IMG/VR virus record: IMGVR_UViG_2718218171_000003
Coordinates: 1-47,909 of that record
Strand: one strand, 5' to 3'
From: a virus
Lineage: Duplodnaviria > Heunggongvirae > Uroviricota > Caudoviricetes
Length of the DNA: 47,909 nt
Shown: one piece after another, positions 32,197 to 40,401 of the stretch
Layout: the number at the start of each line of letters is the position of its first letter
Position numbering within the stretch: the first letter of the stretch is position 1
Position numbers and translations under genes: made by a program
The notes under the pieces: generated by a model
Seen by the model: the letters and a program-made list of their open reading frames with translations, nothing else
Told to the model about the DNA's origin: nothing
Databases searched by the model: none

Positions 32197-32669
32197 ACCT
32201 CAATCTCTCTGACCGTTCCGCCTGCTTCTTTGAATTTTGCAATCAGGTTGTCAACCTTATGCTCGAACTGACCATAACCAGCGCCCGGAAGTGAAGCCCA
32301 TATATTGCTGCAACGGTCGATTGCCTGACGAATATCACCGCGATCAATCATCGGTAAAGCGCCACGCTCTTTAATTTGCTGCAGTGCAACAGCGTCCTGG
32401 CTGTTTGGAGAGAAGTCTTTCAGTCCAAGCTGTTTACGGTAATCATCCCACCAACGGGAAAGGAGTTGGTAACGTCCGGCTGCTGTTGATTTGAGTTTCG
32501 AGTTTAGCGTGACAAGTTTGCGAGGATGATCGGAGTAATCAGTGAAGAGTTCGCCACCTACAATAACGTCGTAGCCGTGATTGCGGGTTGGCTGTCGCCC
32601 GTTATCCGTTCCTTCTGACCACGCCAACATATCGAGGAAAGCTTTACGCTGAAGATTAAGATTTTGCAT
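32193..32669 (-). CDS. R: Endolysin R (lytic transglycosylase)
   Basis: 158-aa ORF with [20 protein letters not shown]...[18 protein letters not shown], matching lambda R. Confidence 0.95.
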   Translation of the reverse strand: MQNLNLQRKAFLDMLAWSEGTDNGRQPTRNHGYDVIVGGELFTDYSDHPRKLVTLNSKLKSTAAGRYQLLSRWWDDYRKQLGLKDFSPNSQDAVALQQIKERGALPMIDRGDIRQAIDRCSNIWASLPGAGYGQFEHKVDNLIAKFKEAGGTVREIEV

Positions 32670-32961
32670 TTTTCACCCCTGTCAGTCGTTCCCAGAAGTA
32701 CGTCAGTGCAACCGACCCCATCGCACCACTAATACCCGCTGTCGCGAGAATCATGTAAATACTGAATCCACTTTCGATACTGATCAGGCCACCAATAACA
32801 CCGGTGAATCCCGATACCACAATCTGAGCCAGAGCATTTATCCAGCTCCACGTTGCTTTACTCTGCTTCACATCTATCAGGTAGCGGACCAGACCGCCCC
32901 AACCTGCGATGATCAGCAAAACGAGCCAGAACGCTCCGGCAAGGCTCTCTTTTTCGTGCAT
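32656..32961 (-). CDS. Putative holin (three predicted TM segments; not lambda S by sequence)
   Basis: Directly upstream of and overlapping R; hydrophobic segments LAGAFWLVLLIIAGWGGLV, WINALAQIVVSGFTGVIGGLI, FSIYMILATAGISGAMGSVAL; ATG at 32961 (track start is a TTG at 32973); start uncertain. Confidence 0.65.
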   Translation of the reverse strand: MHEKESLAGAFWLVLLIIAGWGGLVRYLIDVKQSKATWSWINALAQIVVSGFTGVIGGLISIESGFSIYMILATAGISGAMGSVALTYFWERLTGVKNAKS

Positions 32962-33076
32962 ATGAATAGCCAATGTTTCGTCGCCGACAAAAGGCCGGGA
33001 CGTTAAATGTCAGAAATCAGGCTCTCGGGGTAATTTAACGACAAAGCACGGAGTTGATGCTCCCCGCAAGCCTGGA

Positions 33077-33101
33077 ATAAAAAAGCCAGCATGTAGCTGG
33101 C
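33077..33101 (-). terminator. tR'-like rho-independent terminator of the short late leader transcript
   Basis: Minus strand GCCAGC-ATGTA-GCTGGC hairpin followed by TTTTTTATTCC, about 190 nt downstream of the Q-like stop and about 100 nt upstream of the holin. Confidence 0.6.
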
Positions 33102-33282
33102 AACAGAGGGTTAAGCAATATCAACTCAACAGCTGAAGACACCCTGGCTGGGGTAGGTTGGAAGGCTACTCACCGTCCAGAAACAGAAAAGCCCAAGGCT
33201 TTAAACCTCGGGCTTGAATTTGGATTACTGCCAGTGCGTACAACATTGGCAAAATATCAGATTTACATGAAATATATGCTTT

Positions 33283-33972
33283 TTAATCCAGTTTTGCAAT
33301 ATTTTGCTGTGAAAATGTCGCCTTTTGTTTTGAACGTGTTCTCGTTACAAGCAATAAAGCTTGGCTATCAAGCTGTAGAAAAATGTGCTTCATTGCAACC
33401 CAGCGTTCAGTAAATGTCTCAGACCAGTTTTTTGATGTCACTCCCACCAGTAATGCAAGCTCCTGGTATTCATAGGTCTTACGCCCTGCCAGCTCGTTCT
33501 TCACATCCTGTGCCGCCAACCAAATCAACTTCTTTAAGCGTTCCAGTGTCTTACTGACAATTTTTCTTGTACCTAACAGCGCCTTAAACTCGCTCCATGC
33601 CCACTGCGTTATGGCAACCTGATGCTCCCAGCGAATATTTTCACTGTAACTCCACAACAACCACGCTTTCTGATGTTCATCGAGAGACAAAATCGCACGC
33701 CGCCATGAAGAGGTTGAAAACTCGACAGAACTGACCAGGGCGACAGATGAACCTTTTGCGTACGACTGTTTACCGGAAATCGGCGGATTATCCAGCGTAA
33801 TCATCTTGCCAGTTACCACATCCAGAATACGTGGCTTCTTTCGTTTGTATGTACCAGTATCAAATTGTGCATGCTCCAGCCAGGCTTCAAGCTGGCCTTT
33901 CGTTGCTCCGCTCAAATCAGCGGTAGCCACCATGAGTTGCTCGCGGACATACTGTAAATATTGGATATTCAT
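33283..33972 (-). CDS. Late-gene antiterminator Q-like protein (229 aa)
   Basis: Last gene of the nin operon immediately upstream of the leader/terminator and lysis cassette; ATG at 33972 with GGAG RBS; assignment is positional, sequence differs from lambda Q. Confidence 0.55.
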   Translation of the reverse strand: MNIQYLQYVREQLMVATADLSGATKGQLEAWLEHAQFDTGTYKRKKPRILDVVTGKMITLDNPPISGKQSYAKGSSVALVSSVEFSTSSWRRAILSLDEHQKAWLLWSYSENIRWEHQVAITQWAWSEFKALLGTRKIVSKTLERLKKLIWLAAQDVKNELAGRKTYEYQELALLVGVTSKNWSETFTERWVAMKHIFLQLDSQALLLVTRTRSKQKATFSQQNIAKLD

Positions 33973-34091
33973 GCGGCAGCTCCTTTCAGTGTTTTGGCGT
34001 AATTCTTCAGTATTCGGTAATCGGTCAAAACAGAACCGGGAAAACGATATAAGCGCAGGCGCAGCCAACGGTGGCGAAGAAGTTCTGCCAT
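33969..34091 (-). CDS. YlcG-like 40-aa protein
   Basis: Small ORF MAELLRHRWLRLRLYRFPGSVLTDYRILKNYAKTLKGAAA between rusA and Q, stop overlapping the Q start (ATGA); below the ORF-track size cutoff. Confidence 0.4.
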   Translation of the reverse strand: MAELLRHRWLRLRLYRFPGSVLTDYRILKNYAKTLKGAAA

Positions 34092-34105
34092 ATAAAACTC
34101 AAACA

Positions 34106-34468
34106 TCATTCATCTCCCAGTTCAGTGATGGTCAGTTCCAGCTTTCCATCTTTGACAACCGGCATCTTCACAACGCGGTAATCAACGACCTGAGCATCAT
34201 CCAGCCAGAAACCTGCTTTGGTGAGTGCGTCAAAAGAGGCTTTTTGTAGATTATCCAGGTCACGGCGACGGCGATCCGGCATGTGGCACTCAATGCGGAT
34301 TTTCACAGGCATAGCCAGACCGATATCCAGCATTGAGCCTTTAATGATTCGGGCGACGTTATCGCGGTATGCCTGCCCTTCTGCGCTGATGTGCGTGCGC
34401 CCTCGATTATGGCGGTAGTAGCGGTTATTGCTCGGCGGCCAGGGTAGTGTGATGTGGTAAGTATTCAC
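34106..34468 (-). CDS. rusA: Holliday junction resolvase RusA
   Basis: 120-aa [46 protein letters not shown]... matching RusA. Confidence 0.9.
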   Translation of the reverse strand: MNTYHITLPWPPSNNRYYRHNRGRTHISAEGQAYRDNVARIIKGSMLDIGLAMPVKIRIECHMPDRRRRDLDNLQKASFDALTKAGFWLDDAQVVDYRVVKMPVVKDGKLELTITELGDE

Positions 34469-34755
34469 GCCTTAATTACCCCCTCTTTCAGCCAGATAAC
34501 CTGCGTTCTCGCCATACCTTCCAGCGCGCATTCTTTTGCATATCCAGCGTCAACAAAATGCGTGCGACGGTCGATCTCGTCGTGACAGTCAGAACATGCA
34601 ATGGTGGCAATAAGGTCTGGCGGTTTAATACCGGTACCGCACAATCCAGCCAGCCGGATATGTGCCAGTACTGACGTTTCAGGATTGCCATTACATACGC
34701 CAGGGATTCTTACCTGGCATTCCCGACCACGCGCTGCTTTTCTCAAATCAGCCAT
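34465..34755 (-). CDS. YbcO-like (DUF1364-type) Cys-rich protein
   Basis: 96 aa from [10 protein letters not shown] with AGGAGG RBS; conserved Cys/His pattern [11 protein letters not shown]...CSDCHDEID; position between ninE-like and rusA as in DLP12. Confidence 0.55.
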   Translation of the reverse strand: MADLRKAARGRECQVRIPGVCNGNPETSVLAHIRLAGLCGTGIKPPDLIATIACSDCHDEIDRRTHFVDAGYAKECALEGMARTQVIWLKEGVIKA

Positions 34756-34894
34756 GATTCCTCCTTGCTGCCAGTCGCAACCATTTTTTATCAACCAGGC
34801 TGGCGGTATATCCGAGCAGAGTTGGTATTTCGGATGGCTTCAGCTCAGGTTTACGCTTACGACGATTTGGTACTTTGTAGATGTGTCCGTTCAT
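34748..34894 (-). CDS. ninE: NinE-like small basic protein
   Basis: 48-aa [51 protein letters not shown] resembling lambda NinE; below the ORF-track size cutoff. Confidence 0.5.
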   Translation of the reverse strand: MNGHIYKVPNRRKRKPELKPSEIPTLLGYTASLVDKKWLRLAARRNHG

Positions 34895-34917
34895 GACACG
34901 AATAAGCGGTGTAGCCA

Positions 34918-35373
34918 TTACGCCTCCTGCTTGTCGCGCAGCATCTGGAACTCGCAGCTCTGCGGAATAGTCAGGTGGCAGCCAATATTCATCGCCCAGG
35001 CTTCAACCTTACACAGGAAGACATACATCTCTCCGGTATCGAGATCGGAGGTATGACGTAATGACTGAATGGTGGTGATTTCACCGGTTACGACATCAAC
35101 CAGTTCTTTGGTTTCATAACCGAGATAAGTGTGTTTGAGAGCATCTTTTACCCAAGCTGGAGTGGCGAACGTTTTACCCCTGCTGATGAGGTATTCACTG
35201 ATTTCGCTGTACCACATGTGGCTGAGTGCATTCTGGGAAAGACTGCGTCTCTCGCGCCATGGTTTAAGCACCATGCGAAAGCATTTGCCGTCCTCCAGAT
35301 AAGGCTGGATCTGCTGGCCGATAGCGGTGAAGTTGCCGCGATGTAATTTGATGCCGTCTTGTGGGAGGTTCAC
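34918..35373 (-). CDS. NinB / YbcN-family protein
   Basis: 151-aa ORF (GTG start) with [20 protein letters not shown] resembling the NinB motif RSLDQNRKLW. Confidence 0.6.
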   Translation of the reverse strand: MNLPQDGIKLHRGNFTAIGQQIQPYLEDGKCFRMVLKPWRERRSLSQNALSHMWYSEISEYLISRGKTFATPAWVKDALKHTYLGYETKELVDVVTGEITTIQSLRHTSDLDTGEMYVFLCKVEAWAMNIGCHLTIPQSCEFQMLRDKQEA

Positions 35374-35572
35374 GCTTCACCTCCGCAGAGGTCAAACGCA
35401 GGATGCAAAAAATCGCAGGTGCATTTCTGCATCTGTGAAGGGAGAAGAGAGTTTGGATTGTATGTGCGCATAAACGTCCCCGTTTAGCGCAGAAGTCACC
35501 GGAGTTGTTCAGGCTCCGATGACGTGATTATGGCGTGTTGATTATGGGAAATCAAAGTAGATAGTCAAAAAA

Positions 35573-36091
35573 TTACCACAAGTGGCCCTTCGTTTGGAAG
35601 AGTAACATCTGTAAAAGGCCGTTTGCTGCCTTGAAATTCTCATATTGGTCGGTGAAGTGAAATTTCCATTTTTCACCATGGAATAAGTTGTTTCTAAGGC
35701 AGTGCAAAACCTTTAAGCAAAGACTCAACATCTGTTTTTCATCAGGCTTCGGGTTTTCCATCAATTCAATCATTCGAGACTTGGTATCACTCCGAGCGTA
35801 ATCATTTGGAAATAGTACATGAAATCGGTGATTGACCCTTCCTGATTCCAAATATCGTTTAGTATAGTAACTATACACTTTTCTTACTAAATCCTGATCG
35901 ATACTCCCTGAAGTCAAAAGCCAATCGGCAACATTGCCTGTTTTTGCAACACTTGTCCCTTTGTGCGACCATTTACTTTCCCCGAATGCAAATAACAACG
36001 TGAAAAGGTAAATATTATCCCATTCTTCACGCTTTAGATCTCTTCCGCCATCGGTCAAACTTATCAAAACTTCTTCAAATTTTTGTTGCAT
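35573..36091 (-). CDS. HEPN-motif protein (R-N-x3-H near C-terminus); putative RNase-type toxin or abortive-infection moron
   Basis: 172 aa from ATG at 36091 with GAGG RBS; motif LHCLRNNLFHGEKW; AT-rich coding sequence. Confidence 0.45.
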   Translation of the reverse strand: MQQKFEEVLISLTDGGRDLKREEWDNIYLFTLLFAFGESKWSHKGTSVAKTGNVADWLLTSGSIDQDLVRKVYSYYTKRYLESGRVNHRFHVLFPNDYARSDTKSRMIELMENPKPDEKQMLSLCLKVLHCLRNNLFHGEKWKFHFTDQYENFKAANGLLQMLLFQTKGHLW

Positions 36092-36449
36092 GCCCACCTC
36101 AGTTACCCATTAATCTTTGATGATCTGGTTTGCCATTTCCGTATATTGAGAATCACTGGAATGAGGCAATTTCAAACTCTCCCCCCGATAGTGCCGCAAC
36201 CGTTCAAGGAAGTAATTACGCAGTTGCTCGGACTGCTAACGTATCACCACCTCGGCACCAGCATGTTCAGCCGCTTTTTGTACGCTACTCCGTAAGCTGC
36301 AAAGTATAGGTATACATTAACCTTGTGTCATTCTTCCTGCGACTCTGCTGCAACGATTCCAGCAGTTATTGCTGCCCATGCCTATGTCATCAAGTTATCC
36401 CACTCTCGAAACCGCATAATACTAAAAAAACACACGCATTCTGTTTGTC

Positions 36450-36875
36450 TTATTTTTTGCCAATGCGGAACGTAGTTGTATTTTTGCCTTCATTGCGTTG
36501 CAATATGTTAAATTTATTTAAGAGTTTAATCATGCCCGAATTTTTGTTGACTACCACAAACTCAATCAATGGAATTTTACCAAGCAATAGATTCATCACG
36601 TTAAACCCTATCGATTTCCCTTGCATTCTGGGGGCCAAATGTATTTCATGTAAAAAAATGTACACTTCGCGTGGAAAATCAAAACCTAGATTTTTATACT
36701 CAACCTCAACAAACCCAACAATATTTCCATTACTTTTGATAAAATAGACATTATCAATACTCGACAATGAGTATATTTTTGAACTCCACTTGTAATTTTG
36801 CCGATAAGAATTCACAGCATTTATTTTCTGAACATCAGGTAGATTACAATGTGAAAAAGGAACAATGCTTGCCAT
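36450..36875 (-). CDS. GNAT-family N-acetyltransferase
   Basis: 141-aa ORF with acetyl-CoA binding motif HEIHLAPRMQGKSIGFNVMNLLL; AT-rich. Confidence 0.7.
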   Translation of the reverse strand: MASIVPFSHCNLPDVQKINAVNSYRQNYKWSSKIYSLSSIDNVYFIKSNGNIVGFVEVEYKNLGFDFPREVYIFLHEIHLAPRMQGKSIGFNVMNLLLGKIPLIEFVVVNKNSGMIKLLNKFNILQRNEGKNTTTFRIGKK

Positions 36876-36877
36876 TT

Positions 36878-37054
36878 TTACCCTACCATTAAAGAACTTA
36901 CAATGAGTTCATCCGGACCTATAACAATCAGAAAAATCATAACATTTAAGAATAAATTGACGAATAACAAATTAATAGTTCTATTAAATTTGCTACTGCA
37001 AGATGGCATATCACGAACCTGATTGACCAGGTCGCTAATTTCATGATCTTTCAT
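36878..37054 (-). CDS. 58-aa peptide with C-terminal hydrophobic segment, 2 nt upstream of the GNAT gene
   Basis: Translated by hand: MKDHEISDLVNQVRDMPSCSSKFNRTINLLFVNLFLNVMIFLIVIGPDELIVSSLMVG; GAGG RBS; a possible 24-codon ORF with AGGAG RBS precedes it; below the ORF-track cutoff. Confidence 0.35.
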   Translation of the reverse strand: MKDHEISDLVNQVRDMPSCSSKFNRTINLLFVNLFLNVMIFLIVIGPDELIVSSLMVG

Positions 37055-37250
37055 GACTTACCTCTGTGGTGTATGGCGGCGCGGCAGGAGTTCCATCCGT
37101 AAATGAATGAGTTCAATGGTGACATGACTACGCTCCTTTTAATAAGTAAGTCATATGCCTAGCATGCAGTCATTTTATGTGGCACTACCAGCACTGGCTT
37201 CGCACTAAACGTGGAAATTGCCTCATTAATAACCTTCACAGCATCAGCCA

Positions 37251-37496
37251 TTACGTAGTATAGATTACCGCCGTTACGTTGTACTGCTGCTTTGTTGAGT
37301 ATTTCGCGCATCCTGCTTCCAGGTTATCGATGGTGATATCAGCCTGTCGGCCGTAGCGCTCGCCCCCTTTACGACCTGCCATCCACGCTTCAAACATGTG
37401 CTGCGTTTTCTCAACAGAAAATTCTCCGTCGTCGTTAACCTCTGGCCCCACGCCATTGTTGCCTTTGGTAAACCACTCAATGAATTGCTCTTTCAT
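37251..37496 (-). CDS. Hypothetical 81-aa protein downstream of ren
   Basis: ATG overlapping the ren stop (ATGA); no recognisable motif. Confidence 0.45.
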   Translation of the reverse strand: MKEQFIEWFTKGNNGVGPEVNDDGEFSVEKTQHMFEAWMAGRKGGERYGRQADITIDNLEAGCAKYSTKQQYNVTAVIYTT

Positions 37497-37783
37497 GCAC
37501 TCACCCCGTAAACGCTCAACACCCGCTTCATCGCGGCACTCTGGCGACACTCCTTGAAAATCAGATTCGTGCTCACCTTTCCTTCCCGTTCTTCCCTGGT
37601 AGCGAACCGGTAATACACCGTTCGCCAGACCTTACCATCAATGACTAAGATTCCTGTCCGCGCCATTTTAGCCGCAGCCTGATTTATGCTGGTTACTGTT
37701 GCGCCTGTTACCGCAGCAACGTCCTGCGCACAGAAGCTCTTATGCGTCCCCAGGTAATGAATAATTGCTTCTTTTCCCGTCAT
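37493..37783 (-). CDS. ren: Ren protein
   Basis: 96-aa ORF MTGKEAIIHYLGTHKSFCAQDVAAVTGATVTSINQAAAKMAR... matching lambda Ren. Confidence 0.85.
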   Translation of the reverse strand: MTGKEAIIHYLGTHKSFCAQDVAAVTGATVTSINQAAAKMARTGILVIDGKVWRTVYYRFATREEREGKVSTNLIFKECRQSAAMKRVLSVYGVSA

Positions 37784-38481
37784 ACACTGGCTCCTTTCAG
37801 TCCGAACTTAGCTTTGATTTCTGCGATCTTCGCCAGAGCCTGTGCACGATTTAGAGGTCTACCGCCCATGACAGGAAGTTGTTTTACTGGTTCAGGTATA
37901 GCCTCACCACGGTTAATTCGCACGGTCATACAGGACAGTTCATCGGCAGCCTTGCGCCGTAATTCCGCGTCAGTCAACGCATTGGCCCGCATGTTCTGGT
38001 ACAGATTGGTAACCAGCCAGTAGTGCGCGTTTGATTTCCACGGATAAGACTCTGCATCTGGATACAGTCCACGCTTCCGGCAATACTCGTAAACCATATC
38101 AACCAGCTCGCTGACGTTTGGCAGCCCGGCGTTAACGGATGCTTCTTCCCGGCACCAAGAGACAAACTGCCCGGGTGATGGCAGGAATGGTCGATTCTGC
38201 CGACGGGCGACGCGCATTCCAGCGTTAACCTGTTCCATCGTGGTGATCCCATTTTCCCGGAAAGCCAGAACCCACTGGCGGCGGATTTCGTTCAGTTCAT
38301 TCTGGTCCCGGTTAGCCAGGCTCGCCGGGAAAGTTGCCAGTAACTGGCTGAACACACCATTGATAATCTGCGCTACCTGCTGTACCTGCGGCTTTTCGTC
38401 GTACTGTTCCGGCATGTTATTGGCGATCCGGCGCATCTGCTCACGGTCAAAATTAACCATCTGTGCGGCGATGTTTTTCAT
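37780..38481 (-). CDS. P: Replication protein P (helicase loader)
   Basis: 233-aa ORF MKNIAAQMVNFDREQMRRIANNMPEQYDEKPQVQQVAQIINGVFSQLL matching lambda P. Confidence 0.95.
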   Translation of the reverse strand: MKNIAAQMVNFDREQMRRIANNMPEQYDEKPQVQQVAQIINGVFSQLLATFPASLANRDQNELNEIRRQWVLAFRENGITTMEQVNAGMRVARRQNRPFLPSPGQFVSWCREEASVNAGLPNVSELVDMVYEYCRKRGLYPDAESYPWKSNAHYWLVTNLYQNMRANALTDAELRRKAADELSCMTVRINRGEAIPEPVKQLPVMGGRPLNRAQALAKIAEIKAKFGLKGASV

Positions 38482-39407
38482 AGCTCCACCCCGTAAATCC
38501 AGTCAGTGTTCGTCAGGTCGAGTTTTGGTTTGCCGGCTGTCACGCCAGCCTGTTGCTTGTTTCGGTTGATTTCGAGCTGTGTCCACTTGTCGCGGAGTTT
38601 GGCCGGACACAACACGTTACCGGACCAGAAGTTGTCCTGGCATGCCCAGCGGAACAGCACGCACATGTCGCGGTGGTTACGTCCGTCACGTTCACGCATC
38701 AGGCGGATATCGTTAGCCCACCCTGCAAAATTCGGTTTTCTAGCTGATGGCGCGATGGTCTTCACCATGTCAAACATCCACTCTGCGGCGGTCAGGTCTT
38801 CTGCTGTCCCCCACTTGCTGCCGCTCTGAATTGCAGCATTCGGTTTCTCCACAGGAAGATCGTTTTCTGGCTGGTCAGAGGATTCGCCAGAATTCTCTGA
38901 CGAAAAAGGTTTTATATTTTCTTTTGTTAGTTTGTCTTTTGTGTTTACCTGATTCGGGTAAATGCCTTTACCTGATTTAGGTAAACTTTTCTTACCTGAT
39001 TCAGGTAAATTTACCTCTTTCAGGTAAACTTTATTTTTCTTACCTGATTCGGGTAATGTTGACCATTCACTGACCACATTATTGACGCCGATATTCCGCC
39101 CGCTCTGAATTAAAATCCCACGCTTTACCAGAACACTTTTTGCAGCAGAACACTTGTGCGGCAATATCCCGGTCAATTCGGAAAGTTGCTCGTTGCTCAC
39201 CCAATCCAGTTTTTTATTAAAGCCATATGTTTTGCGCATGACAGCCAGGAAGACCAGAAGCTGGTGCTGTGTTAATCCGGCCAGCATCACAGCTTCCAGC
39301 AACTCATTTGCAATGCGCGTATAACCATCATCGAGATCTGCCACGCGCGGCTCCTTTTGTGCCACATCCGGCACTGGAAAATTGAATATCTCAGCAGTGT
39401 TTGCCAT
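38478..39407 (-). CDS. O: Replication initiator O
   Basis: 309 aa from MANTAEIFNFP...VADLDDGY with GGGAGG RBS, aligning with the lambda O N-terminus; C-terminal half near-identical to lambda O; track ORF extends 30 codons upstream. Confidence 0.95.
   Translation of the reverse strand: MANTAEIFNFPVPDVAQKEPRVADLDDGYTRIANELLEAVMLAGLTQHQLLVFLAVMRKTYGFNKKLDWVSNEQLSELTGILPHKCSAAKSVLVKRGILIQSGRNIGVNNVVSEWSTLPESGKKNKVYLKEVNLPESGKKSLPKSGKGIYPNQVNTKDKLTKENIKPFSSENSGESSDQPENDLPVEKPNAAIQSGSKWGTAEDLTAAEWMFDMVKTIAPSARKPNFAGWANDIRLMRERDGRNHRDMCVLFRWACQDNFWSGNVLCPAKLRDKWTQLEINRNKQQAGVTAGKPKLDLTNTDWIYGVEL
38945..39058. repeat. Replication origin iterons inside O (five about 19-bp repeats TTACCTGATTCGGGTAA-type) next to an AT-rich stretch
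   Basis: Five copies of (T/C)TTACCTNNTTNNGGTAAA at about 38945, 38966, 38991, 39010 and 39040; AT-rich segment at 38900-38940. Confidence 0.8.
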
Positions 39408-39493
39408 AATTCCTCCCGCAATGAGTGCGTTACGATTTGCACCTGAAAGTCGGTTCTGTTCCCGCAGACCGACTTTCGCCATTTCTGAACCTG

Positions 39494-40039
39494 TCATATT
39501 GCCCCCAGCATGGTGGTAACCATCGCCATTAATGGACCAGCCAGATCCGGGTCCACACGAAACATCGACACAATACCTTCACTCATTTCCTTCAGTTTCT
39601 GGTGGCGTGGTGCGTTGAGAATGACCGCCTGCTTTGCCTCACTGAGTTCCTTTTCCATTTCAGCCAGCCGAGCTATGAAGCTATCCTGCTCAACCAGGTG
39701 GCCGCGATATTCCAGCGGTAGTACCGCCAGAATTGCCGGGGTCAGTTCACGCACGTTATTTCGGTATTTTTCAGAATCGAATTTGTTATCGAGGAAGCGG
39801 AACAACTTCTGGCGTGCACGGCTGACATCATCAGGGAAATCGATGGTGCCGCCGCCCAGCTCCCGATACTCATTCACAATGAGTGCGGCAACAACATCCT
39901 GATTATCTGCAGCCGACCAGGCGCGAACGGCATCACGGATTTTTTCGTGGCCTGGCGCCTGTTTTGTTTGAGAACGATTTATCACCGCAGTCGGGCTAAA
40001 TCCGCTAGTCTGTTGGTATGTAAGTGGTTGCATAGTCAT
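39494..40039 (-). CDS. 181-aa early-operon protein in the cII position, function unknown
   Basis: ORF between cro-like gene and O with AAGG RBS; not lambda CII by sequence or size. Confidence 0.5.
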   Translation of the reverse strand: MTMQPLTYQQTSGFSPTAVINRSQTKQAPGHEKIRDAVRAWSAADNQDVVAALIVNEYRELGGGTIDFPDDVSRARQKLFRFLDNKFDSEKYRNNVRELTPAILAVLPLEYRGHLVEQDSFIARLAEMEKELSEAKQAVILNAPRHQKLKEMSEGIVSMFRVDPDLAGPLMAMVTTMLGAI

Positions 40040-40063
40040 TGCCTTATCAGTTAACGCCGCAGT

Positions 40064-40291
40064 TTAGGCGGCAGAATTACTCGCGTTAAACAATGGTGCG
40101 AGGTCGGGACGAATATCTGCTGGTTTAATCTTTCCACCAGTGGCTGAGACAATTTTCATTACATAGCGGGCATCAATTCCGCCACCGTGTAGCCAACGCC
40201 AAACAGTGGGTTGGGCTACACCGCATAGATCTGCCAGTCGTTTTTGACTACCTGTAATACTGATTGCGAGTTGAATGGTTTGATTTGTCAT
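40064..40291 (-). CDS. cro: Cro-like HTH regulator
   Basis: 75 aa from ATG at 40291; HTH-like QKRLADLCGVAQPTVWRWLHGG; divergent from cI. Confidence 0.75.
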   Translation of the reverse strand: MTNQTIQLAISITGSQKRLADLCGVAQPTVWRWLHGGGIDARYVMKIVSATGGKIKPADIRPDLAPLFNASNSAA

Positions 40292-40322
40292 TATCAATTC
40301 CTATTGGTATTGCAATGAATAG

Positions 40323-40351
40323 ATAATAGCAATGCGTATTAACTCAATCAA
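40323..40351 (-). promoter_or_regulatory. pR-like sigma70 promoter driving cro and replication genes
   Basis: Minus strand -35 TTGATT (40351-40346), 17-nt spacer, -10 TATTAT (40328-40323); AGGA RBS before the cro ATG. Confidence 0.6.
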
Positions 40352-40365
40352 TAGCAAAACGTGTT

Positions 40366-40393
40366 TTGACCATCAATACGCAAGCGTATAAAT
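40366..40393 (+). promoter_or_regulatory. pRM-like promoter for cI, predicting a leaderless transcript
   Basis: -35 TTGACC (40366-40371), 16-nt spacer, -10 ATAAAT (40388-40393); predicted start site at or next to the cI ATG at 40402, which has no Shine-Dalgarno sequence. Confidence 0.5.
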
Positions 40394-40401
40394 TAAAACT
40401 T

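Noticed and set aside
32961-32973. Dual-start holin/antiholin motif (MAIHM...) like lambda S107/S105
   Set aside because: The upstream start is a TTG with no RBS; only the ATG at 32961 is a plausible start, so a dual-start arrangement is not supported.
36098-36449. Possible gene in the 350-bp gap between the GNAT and HEPN-motif genes
   Set aside because: All minus-strand frames are broken by stops within 10-40 codons; likely promoter or decayed sequence.
36325-36747. 140-aa Cys-rich plus-strand ORF
   Set aside because: Antisense to the GNAT gene, which has a clear acetyl-CoA binding motif; low-complexity translation.
39408-39497. 30-codon N-terminal extension of O beginning with an ATG that overlaps the upstream stop
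   Set aside because: The internal ATG at 39407 has a GGGAGG RBS and aligns with the lambda O N-terminus; the extension contains a perfect inverted repeat more consistent with leader RNA.
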